From Zancudomyces culisetae HAW-14-8 (Eukaryota > Fungi > Kickxellomycota), in contig JBNJNM010000011.1 of NCBI GenBank assembly GCA_052426225.1, positions 2,852,001 through 2,916,000 on the forward strand: a stretch of DNA of 64,000 nt. The letters run 5' to 3'. Shown here piece after piece: positions 59,824-64,000 of this stretch. Positions within the stretch are counted from its first letter, which is position 1; the number at the start of each line of letters is the position of its first letter. Under the pieces are notes generated by a model, which was not told the DNA's origin, did no database searches, and saw only the letters and a program-made list of their open reading frames with translations. The position numbers and the translations under genes are program-made.

Positions 59824-61938
59824 ATGAAACCAAAAGAACTGCTTAAAACGATCCGGAACTACAAAGATCTTATAAATCCAAACGTTGAACCCCAGGAAGC
59901 GAACTCAGCTCGACGAGTGGTTAATTTGGAATACTTTCTGGCAGAGTACACTGCTTTTGAGGCGGATTTGGGCGAGAATAAGAGCCAGAATTATGTGAAA
60001 TCATGTGTTCCCGCTAAGAAATGTGACAACGTTGATGTAGGAAAAATCATTAGGATGGTAAAGTATATAGAGAAAACATATCCAAAATCAGTAATACTTC
60101 GTACAGATATCGAAAGTATCGGAGACAACAAATATTGCATTATTGAACCCTCAGAAGAAGAAAAAGGCGATTTACTTTTGTATTCTCAGTATCAAAGGGT
60201 AGTTAACCAAATCAAGAAAAAAGAAAAAACAGAAAAAACAATTGAAGAAGAATTAGCAACGTTGGGCGACAGTGATGTCACTGTTGTGGAGCTTTTACAA
60301 TCAGATTTAGTGAAAACAAAAGAGAAACTCGTGAGCCTAAAGGGTATTAAGGAAGATATTCTATCATCAAAGGGTGAAGTAATAGAAAAAGTTAAGAAAA
60401 GGGCTGCAAATTCTGCTGCTGCGGATGTTAAAAGATATGTTCCATTGTCTATTTTAAACGCATATTTGCATTTTTATTGCAAAGAGTTGTTTGCTGGCAA
60501 AAAAAGATTAAAAGCTGGCAAGTTGTTAAAGTCAATTGAAAAGGTGGACAACAGAATAGAAACAGTATCCATACTTCACCAATCTGAGCAAAATCAAGCG
60601 TGTTATCAGGCATACATGGGCGTTACGTTCGCTGACAAAGATATCTCCCTTGTAGAACACGAATTTGAAAAGATCAACCTATCTAATTCCATTGAAACTC
60701 GGAAGGGGGGTGGAATGGTTTATGAAACTGCAATAAGCGAAGGGTATACTGGAGCCAGCATCGAAGCTGCAAACATTAAAGCACGCGATAAATTTGCAAA
60801 GAGCATAAAGTACCAAATTGATGCAATTTTAAAAGAGCACGAACCAGATACCAGCTATATTGACCATACTAGGTGTTTCTGTGCTAAAGTGATAAATGTT
60901 ATCGATGCTTTTTTTAAAGGGGTACCAAACTACAAAACCGAGCTTGTAGGATCGTATAAATTGAACTTGAATATAAAAAACAGTGACATCGATTTGGTCT
61001 TGCTAGTCAGAGACAGTAAATGTGAGGATCTGCTCTTGGAGGATGGTGTCTTAATCGAATTGGCACGGGTGATATCCGAGGCCTTTGTAAACAATGAATG
61101 TAGAGCCATTTTAGTTCAGGCACGCATTCCGGTTATAAAGGTGAAATATTCTATTGCTTCTCAGCACGACGTGCTCATGGATATATGTGTGAACAATGTT
61201 GAATCGATAACAAAAACTAGATATCTTCAAGAAGTGAGTAGCAGGGACCATAGGGTATACACCCTGCTAAAACTTGTGAAGATTTGGGCATACAATCGAG
61301 GATTAGTTTGCGGAGCAGCTCTTATAAACACATTTACATTTTCGATGATGCTGTTAGCCTACCTGTTTGAAACACGTGCCGTTAAAACAGTTGATATAAA
61401 TAGTTTCAATGATAAAAACCTGTTTGAAAAAACCTTGGACGCCGGTCCTAACATCGACCTTCAACTTCACCTCGCATCTACCTTTTGGGATGAAAATCAA
61501 AATCCGATGAATACTAAACATAAGCATGTTGCATTTCTGTTACTTGGATTTTTTGAATACTACGGATACATCCACGACTATGAGCGCCATGCAATAGTGC
61601 CAAGTCTGGGAACCACAAAACACCTTCACGAGAATGCCATCAACGTTAAAAATTTTGCCTCGCTAGATGCATTTATAAAGGGATTTAAACCTTTGTTCAT
61701 CTTTGACCCCATCGATACAAATTTAAATTTAGGAAGAAATTTGTCATTTTGGTCCTTTGAACAGCTTAAAATGGAGTTCAGAAGAGCATATCATATTCTA
61801 AATTGCCAACAGTACTCTGCGAGTCAAACTTCTCTAAGATGCTTGTTAGGATACTGTGACTCAAAAAAAAGTTACCCCACCGAGTTTTGGATCGAGGAAT
61901 GCAAACCTAGTCTGGTAAAGCTTCTGGATCATCTTTAG
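59824..61938 (+). CDS. Non-canonical poly(A) polymerase / terminal nucleotidyltransferase (Cid1/Trf4/GLD2 family); 5' exons possible from 59566
   Basis: Pol-beta NTase motif LVGSYKLNLNIKNSDIDL, ARIPVIK, third Asp in DICVNN, LVKIWA, and PAP-associated LLGFFEYYG...FIFDPIDTNLNLGR. Confidence 0.88.
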   Translation: MKPKELLKTIRNYKDLINPNVEPQEANSARRVVNLEYFLAEYTAFEADLGENKSQNYVKSCVPAKKCDNVDVGKIIRMVKYIEKTYPKSVILRTDIESIGDNKYCIIEPSEEEKGDLLLYSQYQRVVNQIKKKEKTEKTIEEELATLGDSDVTVVELLQSDLVKTKEKLVSLKGIKEDILSSKGEVIEKVKKRAANSAAADVKRYVPLSILNAYLHFYCKELFAGKKRLKAGKLLKSIEKVDNRIETVSILHQSEQNQACYQAYMGVTFADKDISLVEHEFEKINLSNSIETRKGGGMVYETAISEGYTGASIEAANIKARDKFAKSIKYQIDAILKEHEPDTSYIDHTRCFCAKVINVIDAFFKGVPNYKTELVGSYKLNLNIKNSDIDLVLLVRDSKCEDLLLEDGVLIELARVISEAFVNNECRAILVQARIPVIKVKYSIASQHDVLMDICVNNVESITKTRYLQEVSSRDHRVYTLLKLVKIWAYNRGLVCGAALINTFTFSMMLLAYLFETRAVKTVDINSFNDKNLFEKTLDAGPNIDLQLHLASTFWDENQNPMNTKHKHVAFLLLGFFEYYGYIHDYERHAIVPSLGTTKHLHENAINVKNFASLDAFIKGFKPLFIFDPIDTNLNLGRNLSFWSFEQLKMEFRRAYHILNCQQYSASQTSLRCLLGYCDSKKSYPTEFWIEECKPSLVKLLDHL

Positions 61939-62673
61939 CGGGTTCCCATCCGATTATTTTTTTTTGTGTGTATGTTTGCCACTAGTATGAACGCAGTTGT
62001 ATTTTTTATAAAACTGACGAACTACTAACCCCGATGTTTAATGGAGGAAAATAACAATCAATTGTATTTCCGACCAGCACTTGGTTAAAAGCTACTATGT
62101 CAAAGCTTGGGAGGCTACTGGTTATACGTGATGTGGATACCCTAGGATCGGGGAGGTTTGATTCTTGCAAAATTTGCAACTCCAACTGAGTAGAATATTG
62201 CTACGATTAATTGTGTTTTATGATGGTATAGTGGGAGAGGGTAGAGAATGCTTGTACTATTCTCGCACATTTAAAATCGGCGGTGCATGCACTATTCAAT
62301 AATTTGGGAGAAAATGGATATACAAAAGGGTAATTCCGACGTGTAATGGTTAGGCTGCAATAGCTGGATGTTGAAACGATTTCAAATATCGGCGACATTG
62401 CCAGTGCGCACCAAACGTAATTGTCTCTGAATGCATCTGAAATATTGGGCTGGTGTTGATATTATACTATATTTGACTGGTTTGGCGAGTTACAATGCAT
62501 GTTACGGTTATGAAAATGGTATTAAATAAAATGGTCTAAATATGTCTAAATTTTATAGTTACATAGTACATCAAAGTAGCTAAATCTTTTTGCTTTGTTA
62601 AGAATTCCACCATTGTGTGTGATGTACTGTTATTCACCTTTAGGACTTCCCTTTGCAAAAATAAAGGTGTCCA

Positions 62674-63999
62674 TTATAGGGTAATTTTACTTTTGCCGCC
62701 GTGACCTTTTGCAGCAGCATACTTGTTAATAAAATGTCGTTCATTGAGGATTTTCTGGGGAAATGCTGCAGTATTTGTGGATGCATAGTAAGTTAGGGCA
62801 TTTTGATGCACAGAGTGTCGCCGGTCTTGCTGTACAAAGACTAAATTTTGAAACTGGTTATGTGATACAACTTTTTTGGAGGTTTGATGGCCTAGGTGCA
62901 CAGGATTTCTAAACTGAACTACGTTCGGATATATATTTCCTGGGTTGCCGTTATTCGGCATTATACTTCGATCCATGGAGCCTGCATTCATATTTGCTCC
63001 TACACCTGAGTAATACATATCTTTGTTTTCTATATTTGGATAGATAGGTAGCACTATTCCGTTGTAATTGTAATAAGCCGCTGCTTGTAGGGTATTATTT
63101 TCCGATTTTTTATGGACATTAATGCCCCTATTTTCTAGATAACCATAATTTTCGGGATAGGAACAACCAATGCTATTGGCTTGGTTTACATCGTTAACAA
63201 ACACAGGGTATGCTGAGGCTCTGTGTATCCTTGTTGTAGGATGGTATAGGTATTTTGGTTGGCCACTATTCAGCTGATGTTCAAAATATGAGTCTCTTTG
63301 GTTTGGCATCGCTTTAAAACCATCATTACCAACAAAGGACATGATACGTTGCTGATACATAGCAGTGTTGTTTTGGGTGTTTGGGTTTATCACAATAGGA
63401 TAATTTTCGGAGGCTACAGCATATTTGAGGTTTTGAATTTGATGTGCAGTGTAGTTGGGATAAATCACCGCATGAGGCTCATGATTATTTTGTGATGGCT
63501 GGGTGGATGCAGTCCCGCCAAACCTAACCCTGGATCTTACCGGATCTATCTTTTTGAGAGAATCGATATTTTGTTTGGGTTCATCGATTTCTGAACCTTC
63601 TAGTTTTTCTGTTTTATTTTTGAGAATTCCCTTCAGCTTCACTTTACTGGCACTATCACCACTTTTGGTTTCTGGAATTGAAATATCACTTTCAGTGGAT
63701 GCTGCTTTTTCGCTGGAGATAAATTCATCTTGATATTTTGTATCTTGGAGAGCTTGTGTTGCATTTGAGTTGTGAATACCTACTGCTTCTAAGTTGGCAC
63801 CGTTTGAAAATGTATTTATTTTACCAATATTTTGTGCACCTTTACCCTTGCTTTCTGTCTGTTTGGAAAAATCGACGTTCTTAACAGGAGGCAAAGGCGG
63901 CAGTTCAGCAAAATCTTCTTGACCTTCAGTGTTATTCTTCACGGATAGCGTGCTACCTTCTTCTGAGCCACATATAGGTGTAGGTTTGTTTTGTACATC
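62674..63999 (-). CDS. Disordered N/Q-rich hypothetical protein, partial (5' end beyond window); PP1-docking motifs
   Basis: The frame stays open upstream of the track's GTG to the window edge (DVQNKPTPICGSEEGSTLSVKNN...). Contains PPLPP, KGILK and RVRF. Confidence 0.7.
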   Translation of the reverse strand, partial: DVQNKPTPICGSEEGSTLSVKNNTEGQEDFAELPPLPPVKNVDFSKQTESKGKGAQNIGKINTFSNGANLEAVGIHNSNATQALQDTKYQDEFISSEKAASTESDISIPETKSGDSASKVKLKGILKNKTEKLEGSEIDEPKQNIDSLKKIDPVRSRVRFGGTASTQPSQNNHEPHAVIYPNYTAHQIQNLKYAVASENYPIVINPNTQNNTAMYQQRIMSFVGNDGFKAMPNQRDSYFEHQLNSGQPKYLYHPTTRIHRASAYPVFVNDVNQANSIGCSYPENYGYLENRGINVHKKSENNTLQAAAYYNYNGIVLPIYPNIENKDMYYSGVGANMNAGSMDRSIMPNNGNPGNIYPNVVQFRNPVHLGHQTSKKVVSHNQFQNLVFVQQDRRHSVHQNALTYYASTNTAAFPQKILNERHFINKYAAAKGHGGKSKITL

Positions 64000-64000
64000 A

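Noticed and set aside
42419-61938. RNA-processing gene cluster (LSM6, DBR1, nucleotidyltransferase)
   Set aside because: Spread over about 20 kb among unrelated genes; consistent with chance.
62100-62180. tRNA-like T-loop (GGTTTGATTC)
   Set aside because: No acceptor, D or anticodon stems could be paired.
1-64000. Selenoprotein (in-frame UGA plus SECIS) or tRNA-Sec, since some early-diverging fungi use selenocysteine
   Set aside because: No reconstructed gene needs an in-frame TGA, and no convincing SECIS or cloverleaf was seen by eye. A Seblastian/Secmarker run would be needed to exclude it fully.

Overview
AT-rich, intron-containing eukaryotic (fungal) genomic DNA, not prokaryotic. About 24 protein-coding genes can be rebuilt with canonical GT-AG introns. 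Gene content and the style of the secreted repeat proteins suggest an early-diverging fungus, plausibly an insect-gut Harpellales/Kickxellomycotina species (inference). Recognisable housekeeping genes: GH37 trehalase, Byr4/Bfa1, dienelactone hydrolase, PRE2, ATP16, MFSD1-like, LSM6, SGT1, EMI1, RER1, RPL29, DBR1, PNS1 and a Cid1/Trf4-family nucleotidyltransferase. ATP16, LSM6, EMI1, RPL29 and a >725-aa secreted protein at the left edge are largely missed by the ORF track. The most interesting signal is a set of secreted, lineage-specific proteins carrying modules best known from arthropods. Two divergently oriented paralogues have farnesoic-acid-O-methyltransferase-like (Methyltransf_FA) domains plus Thr-rich mucin stalks. 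One Cys/Thr/Asp/Tyr repeat protein has a pacifastin/VWC-like six-Cys module, and the trehalase has a signal peptide. Also notable are a Q-rich protein with a stand-alone MIR domain and a spliced, membrane-anchored Hsp20-like protein. No tRNA, rRNA, CRISPR array or transposon was recognised. All domain calls come from motif recognition by eye and need HMM or structure confirmation.
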